From Candidatus Marinacidobacterium sp. (lineage in GTDB: Bacteria; Acidobacteriota; Vicinamibacteria; Marinacidobacterales; Marinacidobacteraceae), in assembly GCA_965220965.1 (NCBI GenBank), contig CBDCRI010000001.1:32001-96000 (forward strand): a stretch of 64,000 nt of DNA, read 5' to 3'. Position 1 is the stretch's first letter, and the number at the start of each line of letters is the position of its first letter. Below, piece after piece: positions 38,208 through 47,781 of the stretch. The notes beneath the pieces were generated by a model, which was not told where the DNA came from, did not search any database, and was given only the letters and a program-made list of their open reading frames with translations. The translations under genes and the position numbers were made by a program.

Positions 38208-38570
38208 CCGCCCTCCGGGAGCGGCCTGCGCCATGAGCCACGGAGTCCGCCCTTCCGGCCCCTTCCAAGCCGCGGCGCATGCGGCCTCAGCGCGGCCTTG
38301 CGGGCGCGTGGGGATAGGGCATGGCGGCTCTAGCCCCGCCGGGTTACATTGGACGTCCCAACAGGATCCAACTGCGGGCGCCGGAGCCTTGAATGCGGAT
38401 TGATCGATGCACGGCCACAGCACCCGAAAGGCGGCGGATGTCGTGGGCATGACGCCAAGCCATGCGCGCCGCACAAGGCGTGGCCGAAGGCCGTTCCGGG
38501 CAATGCTCCGGCTGCCGGCCTGCACGGCGCACCGCATGAACCAAGAAGGCGGACCTGAAGGGCAGCGCTG

Positions 38571-38957
38571 ATGACCGCGGCCCGAACGCCCCCGCAGGCT
38601 CGGCAACCCCGTGCGGAAGGTGCTCGGGAGCCGCGGCGACCGCCTGCGCTGACCCGTGAGGACAGGCTGAGCCTGGCGTTTCACGTGCAGGTGGCGAAAC
38701 TCCTCAGGGCGGGCCCGGAGCCGGTCGTCGCCAAGGCGAGGGCGAACGCCAGGCGGCTTGCGCGCCAGCATCCGCAATTGGCGGGCGATTTCGACCGCTG
38801 GCAGGCATGGCTGTCGCTGCCGCCTGACGACCTTTGCGCACGCATCACCGCCGAAACGGAGGAGGCCATCTGGATGCGCCACATCACCGTCTTTGCGGGC
38901 GTCCTGAGCCCGAGCGAGCGCAACGCGATCATTCGGCGGCAAAGGGCCGCGCCGTGA
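38571..38957 (+). CDS. Putative antitoxin partner of the DUF6036 nucleotidyltransferase
   Basis: REDRLSLAFH..VA, W..WL and FAGVLSPSER; GTGA overlap with the next gene. Confidence 0.65.
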   Translation: MTAARTPPQARQPRAEGAREPRRPPALTREDRLSLAFHVQVAKLLRAGPEPVVAKARANARRLARQHPQLAGDFDRWQAWLSLPPDDLCARITAETEEAIWMRHITVFAGVLSPSERNAIIRRQRAAP

Positions 38958-39523
38958 GGCGGGAGCAGTTCAACCACGTGGTCCGCGCCGCCGGTGCGGT
39001 GCTCGGCCATGACGAGGTCCTGGTGGTGGGCAGCCAGGCCATCCATGGCTCGCTCGCGAAGGCCGCCTTGCTTGGCGACTTCTCCATGGCCGTTGACATT
39101 GCGGCTTTCGAAGACGCTGACGGACGGCTGGCCGACCTCATCGACGGGGCGCTTGGGGAGGGCAGCCTTTTCCACGAGACGCATGGCTACTACGGGCATG
39201 GCGTTGCCAAGACCACGGCGCGGCTTCCGGAAGGCTGGCGTCATAGGCTGGTTGCCCACAACGCCCCGGACACCAATGGAATCACCGCGCTCTGCCTCGA
39301 CCCCCATGATCTTTGGCTGTCAAAAGCGTATGCCGGCAGGGACAAGGACATCCCTTTCTGCAATGCGATGTTCGCCGAGGGCCTGGTTGATCCCGCCAAC
39401 CTGCGCAAGCTGCTGCCGTTGATGGGCGAGCTGCCCAACGCCGTCGGCGCCCGGATCGAGGCCATGATCGGCGCCATGGAGGCCGAGCGGGCGAGGCGGG
39501 TAGGGGGGCCGAGTCCAAAGTGA
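38954..39523 (+). CDS. DUF6036-like nucleotidyltransferase (putative toxin)
   Basis: VVGSQAI, S..VDI, GEGSLFHETHGYY, LPEGWRHRL, DPHDL..SK..AGRDKD. Confidence 0.8.
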   Translation: MRREQFNHVVRAAGAVLGHDEVLVVGSQAIHGSLAKAALLGDFSMAVDIAAFEDADGRLADLIDGALGEGSLFHETHGYYGHGVAKTTARLPEGWRHRLVAHNAPDTNGITALCLDPHDLWLSKAYAGRDKDIPFCNAMFAEGLVDPANLRKLLPLMGELPNAVGARIEAMIGAMEAERARRVGGPSPK

Positions 39524-40300
39524 GGCGGGGGCTAGCCTCGGATGCAAGGGGGCGGGGCTGCATTGACGCCGCCGTGCCCCCGTCCGGCTTGGGTGCGCGT
39601 CGCACGGTCGCGCCAACCCCGATTCAAGGGCGCGTGGGGTCGGGGCAGGGCGTGCCGAGCAAGCGGCACTTGAAGCGAAGCGGGTTTGTTCAATAGCTTA
39701 GATTTTTCAGAGGGTTACGGCCATGCAACGCCTAGGCTCACTGGGATGAGCTTCCCCGGAATGGCCGTCGGGCAATGCCAAGGACGTGGCGCTCGGGGCG
39801 GCTCGACGCCCATGGGCCGTTTGGAAAGCCGTTGCCTGCTTTGGGTGGAATTCACGAAGGGTGCAGCCGTTGTTGGCTTCCACGGTCCAGGTTTTTTTTG
39901 CGCCTATGTCGGGGGCGGGCGAAAAGGGGGGCCTTCTGCCGCCGGTGCGTGGCGGGCATGCCGAAGCCCTCGCAGGGCGGCACTCGGAAATGGCTGAACT
40001 GCGCGGTCCGAGCCTCGCCGAGGAGGTTGGCGTTTGCGGGCTCGCGTTCCGTGGCCTTCCATTCACGCCGCGCTCACTTCAAGCCCCTCGTGGGCCCTTG
40101 GATTGGGGCCATCCGAGGAGCTTTTGTGGCGTGATGCTGAACCTGCGGCGCGGAAGGCAACTTATGGGCAAAAGCAAGACGCTGTTTTATATGGGCAAAA
40201 GGCGAAATCCCACCCAGATAAAGTAACGGCTTGCTTAACTGCTTCCGCGGACGTCGCTGGGCAGGCGGTGGCGACTAAAGGAAGCCGCCTCCCTCGCGCC

Positions 40301-40897
40301 TCATGGGGAGGGCCTCCTCCGAGAGTACGCACTGTCCGGGTTGTAGCGGTGCACCGGGTCATTCGGGAACGGCCGGGGACGGGTGCATGGATGCGGCTTT
40401 TCCGGGTCGTCCGCCCACTGGTTCAGCCATGGCCCGCATCCGTAGGCGCAGCCGTCAAACGCGTTCCAGAAGCATCGCGCCACCTCGAAGATCGGAAGCT
40501 GCGTGCCGCCGATCAGGCCGGGGAACACGTACTTCTTGCGCATGCCGCTGAAGGCCCAGGACAGGGACGCCTTGTCGAGGTCGGAGAACTCGCCCGTGCG
40601 GAACGCCCGCATCAAGTCCTCAGGATGCGCCCTCCAGTCGTGGTTCATGCCCGCGCACTGCTTCGCCATGAAGGTGTTAAGGCTCCACAGCGGATCCCTC
40701 TCCGGATCGGCGCCGAGCGCCTGCTTGAGAAGCGGGTGGTCGAAGTCCTCCAGCGGCCTGAGCGGCAGGAACATGACCGGGTCGTCGCAGGAGAGGCAGC
40801 CGTCGGGCAGCAGGCACTCATCCACCAGTCCGCCGGGCGGAATGTACGGCACCTCCCAATCGGGCGTGGGAGGGGGGCTTCCGCGGGCTCGGCTCAT
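40301..40897 (-). CDS. Hypothetical protein, tandem copy 2
   Basis: 198 aa; about 96% nucleotide identity to 40894-41490. Confidence 0.8.
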   Translation of the reverse strand: MSRARGSPPPTPDWEVPYIPPGGLVDECLLPDGCLSCDDPVMFLPLRPLEDFDHPLLKQALGADPERDPLWSLNTFMAKQCAGMNHDWRAHPEDLMRAFRTGEFSDLDKASLSWAFSGMRKKYVFPGLIGGTQLPIFEVARCFWNAFDGCAYGCGPWLNQWADDPEKPHPCTRPRPFPNDPVHRYNPDSAYSRRRPSP

Positions 40898-41490
40898 GGG
40901 GAGGGCCTCCTCCGAGAGTACGCACTGTCCGGGTTGTAGCGGTGCACCGGGTCATTCGGGAACGGCCGGGGACGCGTGCATGGATGCGGCTTTTCCGGGT
41001 CGTCCGCCCACTGGTTAAGCCATGGACCGCATCCGTAGTCGCAGCCGTCAAACGCCTTCCAGAAGCATCGCGCCACCTCGAAGATCGGAAGCTGCGTGCC
41101 GGCGATCAGGCCGGGGAACACGTACTTCCGGCGCATGCCGCAGAAGGCCCAGGACAGGGACGCCTTGTCGAGGTCGGAGAACTCGCCCGTGTGGAACGCC
41201 CGCATCACGTCCTCCGGATGCGCCCTCCAGTCGTGGTTCATGCCCGCGCACTGCTTCGCCAGGAATCCGTTCAGGCTCCACAGCGGATCCCTCTCCGGAT
41301 CGGCGCCGAGCGCCTGCTTGAGAAGCGGGTGGTCGAAGTCCTCCAGCGGCCTGAGCGGCAGGAACATGACCGGGTCGTCGCAGGAGACGCAGCCGTCGGG
41401 CAGCAGGCACTCATCCACCAGTCCGCCGGGCGGAATGTACGGCACCTCCCAATCGGGCGCGGCAGGGGGGTTTCCGCGGGCTGGGCTCAT
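40894..41490 (-). CDS. Hypothetical protein, tandem copy 1 (putative antitoxin)
   Basis: 198 aa; ATGA overlap with the upstream nucleotidyltransferase. Confidence 0.8.
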   Translation of the reverse strand: MSPARGNPPAAPDWEVPYIPPGGLVDECLLPDGCVSCDDPVMFLPLRPLEDFDHPLLKQALGADPERDPLWSLNGFLAKQCAGMNHDWRAHPEDVMRAFHTGEFSDLDKASLSWAFCGMRRKYVFPGLIAGTQLPIFEVARCFWKAFDGCDYGCGPWLNQWADDPEKPHPCTRPRPFPNDPVHRYNPDSAYSRRRPSP

Positions 41491-42341
41491 GGGCTTGGCC
41501 CCCTGCCCGGCCGGGGCTTCGAAGGCATGGCGCCCCCGAGGCCGTCGTCGTTCGCGTAGTCCTCCGACTGGTCCGCCGGCACCGCAACGGGCAGCAGCCC
41601 GATGTCCCGGGCGGACACGGCATCGCCAATCCTGGATGCGATGCCCGGCAGGGGCACCGCCCACTTGGGGTCGACGATGGGCTTGTTGTCCCGTTGGTGC
41701 AGGTCGTGCGGCGCCTTTCGAAAGTTGGTGGCGATGCGGTCCTTGGCATCAGGCGGCATGACTTCCAGAACGCGGGCCAGAGGGCCAGGCGCCAACGCGG
41801 CGCTGACGCAGATGTCGTAGCAATCGCGTATGGGGATCGGCTCCTTGCCGTCATCTTTCCTTTTGTCAGCCACATACGCTCGGCCCGCGATCTTGCCCAG
41901 GAGCGTTTCCGTTATGGTGGCGGCGCGGATTCCGGTTCCGTTGACGATTTCGCGCATCGGCACGCGAGGGTCGGAGTAATGCATGTCAGCAATGGACCAT
42001 GGGGTCTTATCCGCGCACCATCCTTCCATGAACAGGCTTCTCGCCCCCAGGTTCAACCGGTCCGTTTCGACGCTTGCCCCCACCTCAATGATGGCGTCGT
42101 AGAGCATTGCGTAAAGGAGCCTTCCCTTTTCCGCGTAGGCAGCCCGAAGCAGATCGTTTGCAATGAAGAAGTCCAAGTCCGTTGAAAGCCGGTGGTCCCA
42201 TCGGGCCTCAAGAACGGTTCCGCCGCCCAAGGCCACGTTGCCCTCCGGAAAGACGGACAGCATGGCACTGGACAATTCCGCGAACGATTCGCGCATCCGC
42301 TCCGGCAGTTCGACGTTGACTGTTTCAAGGGCCAACGGCAC
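41487..42341 (-). CDS. AbiEii/AbiGii-family nucleotidyltransferase toxin
   Basis: LGGGTVL..HRLSTDLDFF, E.L.GK..GR and RDCYDI; TACAAT promoter upstream; start approximate. Confidence 0.82.
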   Translation of the reverse strand: MPLALETVNVELPERMRESFAELSSAMLSVFPEGNVALGGGTVLEARWDHRLSTDLDFFIANDLLRAAYAEKGRLLYAMLYDAIIEVGASVETDRLNLGARSLFMEGWCADKTPWSIADMHYSDPRVPMREIVNGTGIRAATITETLLGKIAGRAYVADKRKDDGKEPIPIRDCYDICVSAALAPGPLARVLEVMPPDAKDRIATNFRKAPHDLHQRDNKPIVDPKWAVPLPGIASRIGDAVSARDIGLLPVAVPADQSEDYANDDGLGGAMPSKPRPGRGPSP

Positions 42342-42799
42342 ACACTCCACTCTTTTGAAATGGCTGATGCTTGGATTGTACCCTGTGTTGCCGCTTTTCG
42401 CCGCCCCCTCCCAGCATCGAGGGACTCGCGGATGCTCGGAGGGGCAAGCCAGCCTTCGCCCAGTGCTCCTTGACCTTCCGCCCCTTCGTCCGGACGGACA
42501 TGGGCGGAAAGCTTCGTGGCGCCGCGAAAGCCGAAAGCGGCTCCTTCTTTGTGCGCTCCACCCAAAACAGGGTGACGGGTTCAAATCCTTGAGGCTTTGT
42601 CGTGGCTGGCCTCAACTCACTCCGCCAAAACGCATTCCGGCCGCCCCTCCTCGGCAGCGGCCCGTCGCACAATGCGCCCGACCGAGACGCCCGCATCACA
42701 TCGGTGCTGCGGGAGAGGCCGCCAATGCGGCAGCAAAACCCAACGCGAAATCAATGGGATGACGGAGTCAGAACGGATTGGAGGCAAGCGCGGCTGCGC

Positions 42800-44188
42800 C
42801 TATGGACCGCGGTGGTGGGTGAGCCGCAACGGGGGCGGCGGCAGCTTGGGCGGCGGGGGAGGGACGGCATCGCCCGTGACGGACGCCTTGCCGGCGAACG
42901 CGCGCACGGCGGCGTCGATGCGCCTGAACCGGCCCAGATCGCCTGCGGTCAGCTCCCCTTGGCGCACAAAGTCCCAACCCTTGGGGCTGCCAATGGTCAG
43001 GAAGCGCCGGCCGGCCTCGTCGAGCGCCGCCTTGCGCCGCAACTCCCGCAGCAGGCTGTCCAGCCGAAGCCTGCAAATCCACATTGCGTCGCGGGCCTCC
43101 TGGCCAGGCCCGTCCAGCGCATCGCGCGCGCCCTCGGCAAGCCGCTCGAGCATCGGGGCGTGCAGTGCGCGCAGGGCTTGGGCCAACGCGTCCGCCGTGT
43201 CCGCTTGGGCGAGCGTCGGGCCCAGGGCGTCGCCGGGCTCGATGTCGGCGGGGGCCGCTGAAGGCGGCATTCTCCTGCGGCGGCGAAGCCTGGGCAGCAT
43301 CTCGACGAAGTCCGTCCCCAAGCAGGCCAAGGCGACCAGAAACGCGCCCACGTCGAGCCCTCGCGTCCGCAGGGCGCCCGAGGCCACGGCCTCCAGCGCC
43401 CCGGCAAGGCCGCCGGGGTGCGCCGCCGCCGGGCCGCCCGTCCCGGCCTCGAAGTCCGCGAGGCCCTCGATGGCGTCAACAAGCCCGGAGGAGATCGTGC
43501 CGTGCATGGCGCGGGCCTCAGGGTCGCGGCTCTTCGGCAAGCCTCCGGGCAACTCCCCCAAGTAGGTCGACAGCCGCCCGTCCAAGTCGTGCTCGAGAAG
43601 CGCCTCAAGCCGGGACAGCAGCAGCCCCTCGCCCACCGCCTGCGGACTGACCGCTCCCGCTCCGGCGGCCCGGCGCGCCCAGAGGGCATCCAGAAGGCCC
43701 CGCAACAGGAACAGGGCCCGCCCGGCCCACAGGTCCTTGGCCCCACTCCACCTGCGCTGCGGCCCGCGGGCGAGCGCCGCCTGCTGAAGACCCTGCGGAT
43801 CGTCATCGGAGCCGTCGTCGGGGCCGACCAAGGCGGCCACCCAGTGCCGGACGCAGTCCGGGGCCTGGCGTTGGCAAAGCGCTGGAGAGGCCGATGGAAT
43901 CGGCGCCATGATCTCAGCGAGGGAGGCGCCCTGACGCAAGCTGGCCTCCACGCCCATCGCCCAAACGTCCGCCAGCCGGTCGCAGGCCCGTTCGCGGGCC
44001 GCTTCCGGCGCGGCGGGCTGGGCCTTGCGGTAGTCCTCCGCGATCTCGGCGCACTCGATCCACAGCGCCTCCGGGTAGCGGTCCGGCCCGATGGGCGCCC
44101 AGCGCCAGCGGGAGGCTGAGGGCGGACCCGAGCGGCGCAGCGCCTCGCCCATCTGGGCCAGGGCGTCGCTCAGGCGTGAGTCGCGCAT
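42800..44188 (-). CDS. Hypothetical protein with a segment resembling the DotL/IcmO all-alpha domain
   Basis: DLWAGRALFLL..L..R..LSRLE..YLGELPG..HGTI; no Walker A motif seen. Confidence 0.55.
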   Translation of the reverse strand: MRDSRLSDALAQMGEALRRSGPPSASRWRWAPIGPDRYPEALWIECAEIAEDYRKAQPAAPEAARERACDRLADVWAMGVEASLRQGASLAEIMAPIPSASPALCQRQAPDCVRHWVAALVGPDDGSDDDPQGLQQAALARGPQRRWSGAKDLWAGRALFLLRGLLDALWARRAAGAGAVSPQAVGEGLLLSRLEALLEHDLDGRLSTYLGELPGGLPKSRDPEARAMHGTISSGLVDAIEGLADFEAGTGGPAAAHPGGLAGALEAVASGALRTRGLDVGAFLVALACLGTDFVEMLPRLRRRRRMPPSAAPADIEPGDALGPTLAQADTADALAQALRALHAPMLERLAEGARDALDGPGQEARDAMWICRLRLDSLLRELRRKAALDEAGRRFLTIGSPKGWDFVRQGELTAGDLGRFRRIDAAVRAFAGKASVTGDAVPPPPPKLPPPPLRLTHHRGP

Positions 44189-44261
44189 GCGTCACGCCTC
44201 CCCGTCGGGGTGGACCAAGGCCGCCCGGCGGGCTTGGGTTCGACAGGGTTTGACGTCCAGC

Positions 44262-44504
44262 TCACAAATCCCCGTTTTTTCTCAGGAATTGAATCCAGCG
44301 GACGGTGACGATGATCCAGGTCATCACGTTGACCAGCAGCACCACAAAAACACCGCCTGCAATGAACTGCCAAACCTCAAGGTCGCCGAACGCGAAACCG
44401 AAGGAGGCGATCACGGCAAATCCCGCCAAGGCGTCCCGAAAGGCCGGGGCGTAGGTGTGCCAATGCGCGCGGTACAGGAAGACCACCGCTTTCAGCAACT
44501 CCAA
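44262..44504 (-). CDS. Small membrane protein
   Basis: Two TM helices; TTG start with GGAG upstream. Confidence 0.55.
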   Translation of the reverse strand: MELLKAVVFLYRAHWHTYAPAFRDALAGFAVIASFGFAFGDLEVWQFIAGGVFVVLLVNVMTWIIVTVRWIQFLRKNGDL

Positions 44505-45226
44505 TTCCTGCTCCCTGCGGGCTGCTCATGGCCGGACGCATTTGCCGCCGGCAAAACGGGATTCCGGCCGCCCATCGGCTCCGGCCTTGCGCAAGCTTTC
44601 GGCGGTCGGCGCCCCTTCGGCCAATGACACGTCAAGCCCCACGGGACCGCCCTCGAAGATGCAGGTTGGCGCAAGGCCCCGCTCCAGAAGCGGCGCAACC
44701 GCTTGGCCGGCGGGGCCTCGGATGTCGAGGTCCGGGAGCGGGAGGCCGCCGAGCATGGCGGCGGGGAGGCCAGCCGGCAGCCACCGCAGCCTTGCGGTCA
44801 TCAGGCTAGAGGCGTTCATGGACAGGCGCGTGTTCCGCTCGGCGCTTGAAACGCTCCGTATTATACCCCACTTGCCTGATTCGCCTCTCCGTGCCGGGCT
44901 AAGGCGTTGGCCGGAGGGGGCGGGGATGCGACCAAGCCCGCGGGCGCCTTGGGATTGGAAATAAAAAGGGGGGGGTACGGCAATGTACTGAAACCGCTGG
45001 GCGGAAGGCAATGTTTGGTCATTCTCAACTTACTGTTTTATATGCGCAAATTCGCGTTTTGCCACCCAGAATCAGTAACGGCCTGGGAGTTTTCCAATGG
45101 TGGGGCGAAACGCCAGACGCCCCTTGGCGCTCGAGGAATTTGGGGGAGGCGCCCCTTCGAGACGTGGGCGGGCACGCCTTGCGTGCGGCTGCGCAGCCTG
45201 GCATGCTGCCTCCTCAAGAAGCCGCC

Positions 45227-45529
45227 ATGAGCAGGATGGCTTGTTCACCTTACTCTCCGTCCGTGACGATGCGCGCCCCACCCGACAACGAAATGTCCCG
45301 CCCCCCTGCATCCGGGCAGGCCGTTCGCGAGTTTGAAGCGGCGCACAAACGACACGTCATGCAAGTCGTGGCCGATGCCGCAGGCCCCATGCCGCATGGG
45401 TGGAACTGGGAACGACTGCTTCGCCAAGCTGACGAGGCGTTGGCCGAGGAAACCCTTCAAAAGCATGTGTCATCGGGATTCAGCGCCTTTCTCCACCAGC
45501 GCGCGGCCGAAGAGGCGATGAAGGAATAG
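45227..45529 (+). CDS. Small protein, putative antitoxin
   Basis: Ends 2 bp before the PIN-like gene; start uncertain. Confidence 0.5.
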   Translation: MSRMACSPYSPSVTMRAPPDNEMSRPPASGQAVREFEAAHKRHVMQVVADAAGPMPHGWNWERLLRQADEALAEETLQKHVSSGFSAFLHQRAAEEAMKE

Positions 45530-45531
45530 CC

Positions 45532-46485
45532 ATGCGACCGGAGCGCCCCAACAGTGCGCCCCGCCTGACCTGCGAGACAACGCTGGCCTCAGTGCCGAGC
45601 ATTCGCGCCTTCTGGGCAACCCTGCTTGAGGACATAGGGCAGCCCTACACGCTGGTGCCAACCGTCGCCGATGAGGTTCTGCGGCGCGAACGCCTGAACG
45701 CGACCCATGAATGGGAGCGACGCCTCAAGTGGCTGAACCGAGAGCATCCGCAGGCGTCTTGGGGAAGGACCGACATCCGCTGCTTGGCCACCCTGGCAGG
45801 CGCGACGGCACGAGATCACCTTCGCAAGCAGATGCAAATCCGGGAAGGCCCCTACCACATCGATCAAGCATCCCATCGCGAAAGGCAGGATGTGGTTGAA
45901 CTGGAGTCCCGCATCTCTGATGTCATGGACGACAGGATGTTCGACCAGGAGTCCAAGAACTGGCTGGCCGACCGAGAGATCGTCATTCAGGCCATGGCGC
46001 GCGGATACGACATTCTTGCGACCAACAACGTCCGAACCATCACCCATTCAATCTTCCGCCACTGGATCGCCAAAGGGGAAGGCGCCAGCCTTGGCTTGAG
46101 CACGTCCATCATGGAGCCGCCCCAAGCGGAGGAGGCGCTTCGCCTCGGCCATGACAAGCCCCTGGAGTGGGCCGGCCACATGGCCATGCGGGCTTGCGTC
46201 ACAAACCCTGACGATGAGCTGTCCGCTTTCGTTGAGATCGCCCGCTTCACCAAGGACTTTGGGGAGCGCGGCATGCTTCCAGTGGCCAACCTGATTCAAA
46301 AGGTTCTGGACAGCAAGGACACCCTGCAGGCGGGCCTCGACCAGCTCCGCAGGAGGGGCCTTAGTTCAGCCGGGCGTTACGAAGCGGCCAAAGCCGCTGC
46401 GGTGACCGGCGGGATTAGCAAGCAAACAGGGCTTCCCGCAGCGGATGTCGCCGCCTCCTCGAAAGCGCTCTCCCCATCCTTCTAG
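45532..46485 (+). CDS. PIN-like domain protein (putative RNase toxin)
   Basis: LTCETT, LVPTVADEV and ADREIVIQA..YDILATNN follow the PIN acidic-residue pattern. Confidence 0.5.
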   Translation: MRPERPNSAPRLTCETTLASVPSIRAFWATLLEDIGQPYTLVPTVADEVLRRERLNATHEWERRLKWLNREHPQASWGRTDIRCLATLAGATARDHLRKQMQIREGPYHIDQASHRERQDVVELESRISDVMDDRMFDQESKNWLADREIVIQAMARGYDILATNNVRTITHSIFRHWIAKGEGASLGLSTSIMEPPQAEEALRLGHDKPLEWAGHMAMRACVTNPDDELSAFVEIARFTKDFGERGMLPVANLIQKVLDSKDTLQAGLDQLRRRGLSSAGRYEAAKAAAVTGGISKQTGLPAADVAASSKALSPSF

Positions 46486-46635
46486 AGCAAGGCGCACTGC
46501 GGATCCTGACTGACGCCCCTCCTGGCGCAGCGGGGCCTCGCAAACCGTCGAGCCGGCGGATGCACCGACCTCCAGCAGGCTCCCAACACAAACGGGAGCG
46601 CGGCCCTGCGGGGAGGCGCCCGGCGGCCCCGGCCC

Positions 46636-47781
46636 CTAGGGACTCGGCGCCGCGCGCCGGGGCAGCTTGGAGAGTCCGCTGCGCACCGCGGCCGCCGCGA
46701 TCTGGACCGCCATCTCCACCAGCTGGGCCAGCTGCTGCGCGATGTAGGCCTCCATCGTCGTCGGCGGCGGCTCCGGCAAGGGCGCGGGGCCGACCGCCTC
46801 CAGCACCTTGCCGGTCCGGTCCAAGGCCCGGCCGGCGCGCGACCTCAAGGCGTCCTCCGCCTGCTCCGACATCCAGGGACGCTCCGCCTGCCGGGCGACG
46901 TCCGCCCAGTGCAGGAGCCCGCGGACGTCCGCGGCCCTGCGGCGCAGGGTGGCGATGCGCCCGTCATGGGCGCCGATCGGCGCCCGCTTGAGCAGGGCCT
47001 CCAGCACCCCCTCCAGCTTCTCGATGCGCCTTTCCAGCTTCGCCGCGTCCCCCTTCAGGCCCTTGGAGTAGGCGGCCGCCGCGTCCTCCATGTCGTGCCG
47101 GACGCCCTCCAGCCGGGGGGCGACCTTGGCCAGCGCCGTTCCGGGCGCCTCCTGCAGCACGGCTTGCGCCCGCTGAGCCTTCGCGAGCCTTTCGTTGAGC
47201 CGCTCGCGCTCGACGCCGGACTCGGGCGGCGCGATGGAGGGCAGGTCGAGCGACTCGAGCTCGGCCGTGGCCTGCTCGACCAAGTCGTCGTCCCGCTGCG
47301 CCCGCTCGGCCGCGGTGGCCTTGGGCAGCCGGGCGGCGTCGACGCCGGCCCGCTCGGCCGCCTCCCGGTCCATGTGCCGCCGGTGCAGCGCCCGGTCCCC
47401 GTCCAGGTAGGCCTTGTGGGGGGCGCCGTCGTAGCGCACCCACTGGCCGCCCTCCGGCCACTGGCCGCACACGTAGTTCGGCTGGGCCCCCGGCCCCTCG
47501 CCGCTGATGTCGCCGTAATCCTCGACCGGCTCGCAGCCGTCGAGCCGGACCTTCATGCGGGGCCTTCCGCCCCCGCGCAGCACGGCCTCGAAAATCTGCT
47601 GGTGGGTCAGCATCTCGCCTTCCAGCGCCTCGACGGCCTTGCGGATCGGATGCCCAGGGCCGAACCGGTTGCTGCGCAGCCGGCTCACGACGCGCGCCCG
47701 CTCCACCGCGCCCCCGGGCTTCGACGCCCATTCGCGCATGCCCTGCGTGAACCTCTCCAGGTCCGCCTTGCCGCCGCTCAC
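46636..47781 (-). CDS. Hypothetical protein with coiled-coil C-terminus
   Basis: 381-aa ORF with GTGA overlap to the upstream gene. Confidence 0.65.
   Translation of the reverse strand: MSGGKADLERFTQGMREWASKPGGAVERARVVSRLRSNRFGPGHPIRKAVEALEGEMLTHQQIFEAVLRGGGRPRMKVRLDGCEPVEDYGDISGEGPGAQPNYVCGQWPEGGQWVRYDGAPHKAYLDGDRALHRRHMDREAAERAGVDAARLPKATAAERAQRDDDLVEQATAELESLDLPSIAPPESGVERERLNERLAKAQRAQAVLQEAPGTALAKVAPRLEGVRHDMEDAAAAYSKGLKGDAAKLERRIEKLEGVLEALLKRAPIGAHDGRIATLRRRAADVRGLLHWADVARQAERPWMSEQAEDALRSRAGRALDRTGKVLEAVGPAPLPEPPPTTMEAYIAQQLAQLVEMAVQIAAAAVRSGLSKLPRRAAPSP

Larger units (their letters stand above)
40301..41490. repeat. 593-bp-period tandem gene duplication
   Basis: Two 597-bp copies overlapping by ATGA; about 22 substitutions counted by eye, no indels seen. 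Confidence 0.95.

Noticed and set aside
39600-40300. Short ORFs or an ncRNA in the long spacer
   Set aside because: The ORFs lack coding-like bias and no RNA family is recognisable by eye; only the repeated motif is reported.
40301-41490. Possible diversity-generating retroelement TR/VR pair
   Set aside because: Differences are not restricted to adenines, span the whole gene, and no reverse transcriptase is present in the window.
44526-44819. 97-aa minus-strand ORF downstream of a TATAAT
   Set aside because: No recognisable motif or RBS; it cannot be distinguished from an untranslated leader.
45023-45050. Possible dif/pdif site (minus strand TTTGCGCATAT-AAAACA-GTAAGTTGAGA)
   Set aside because: Only a partial match; the conserved inner TAA/TTA bases are altered and the sister copy near 40182 has no XerD-like arm.
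45031-45050. Possible LexA box (TACTGTTTTATATG..)
   Set aside because: The right half-site CAG is missing.
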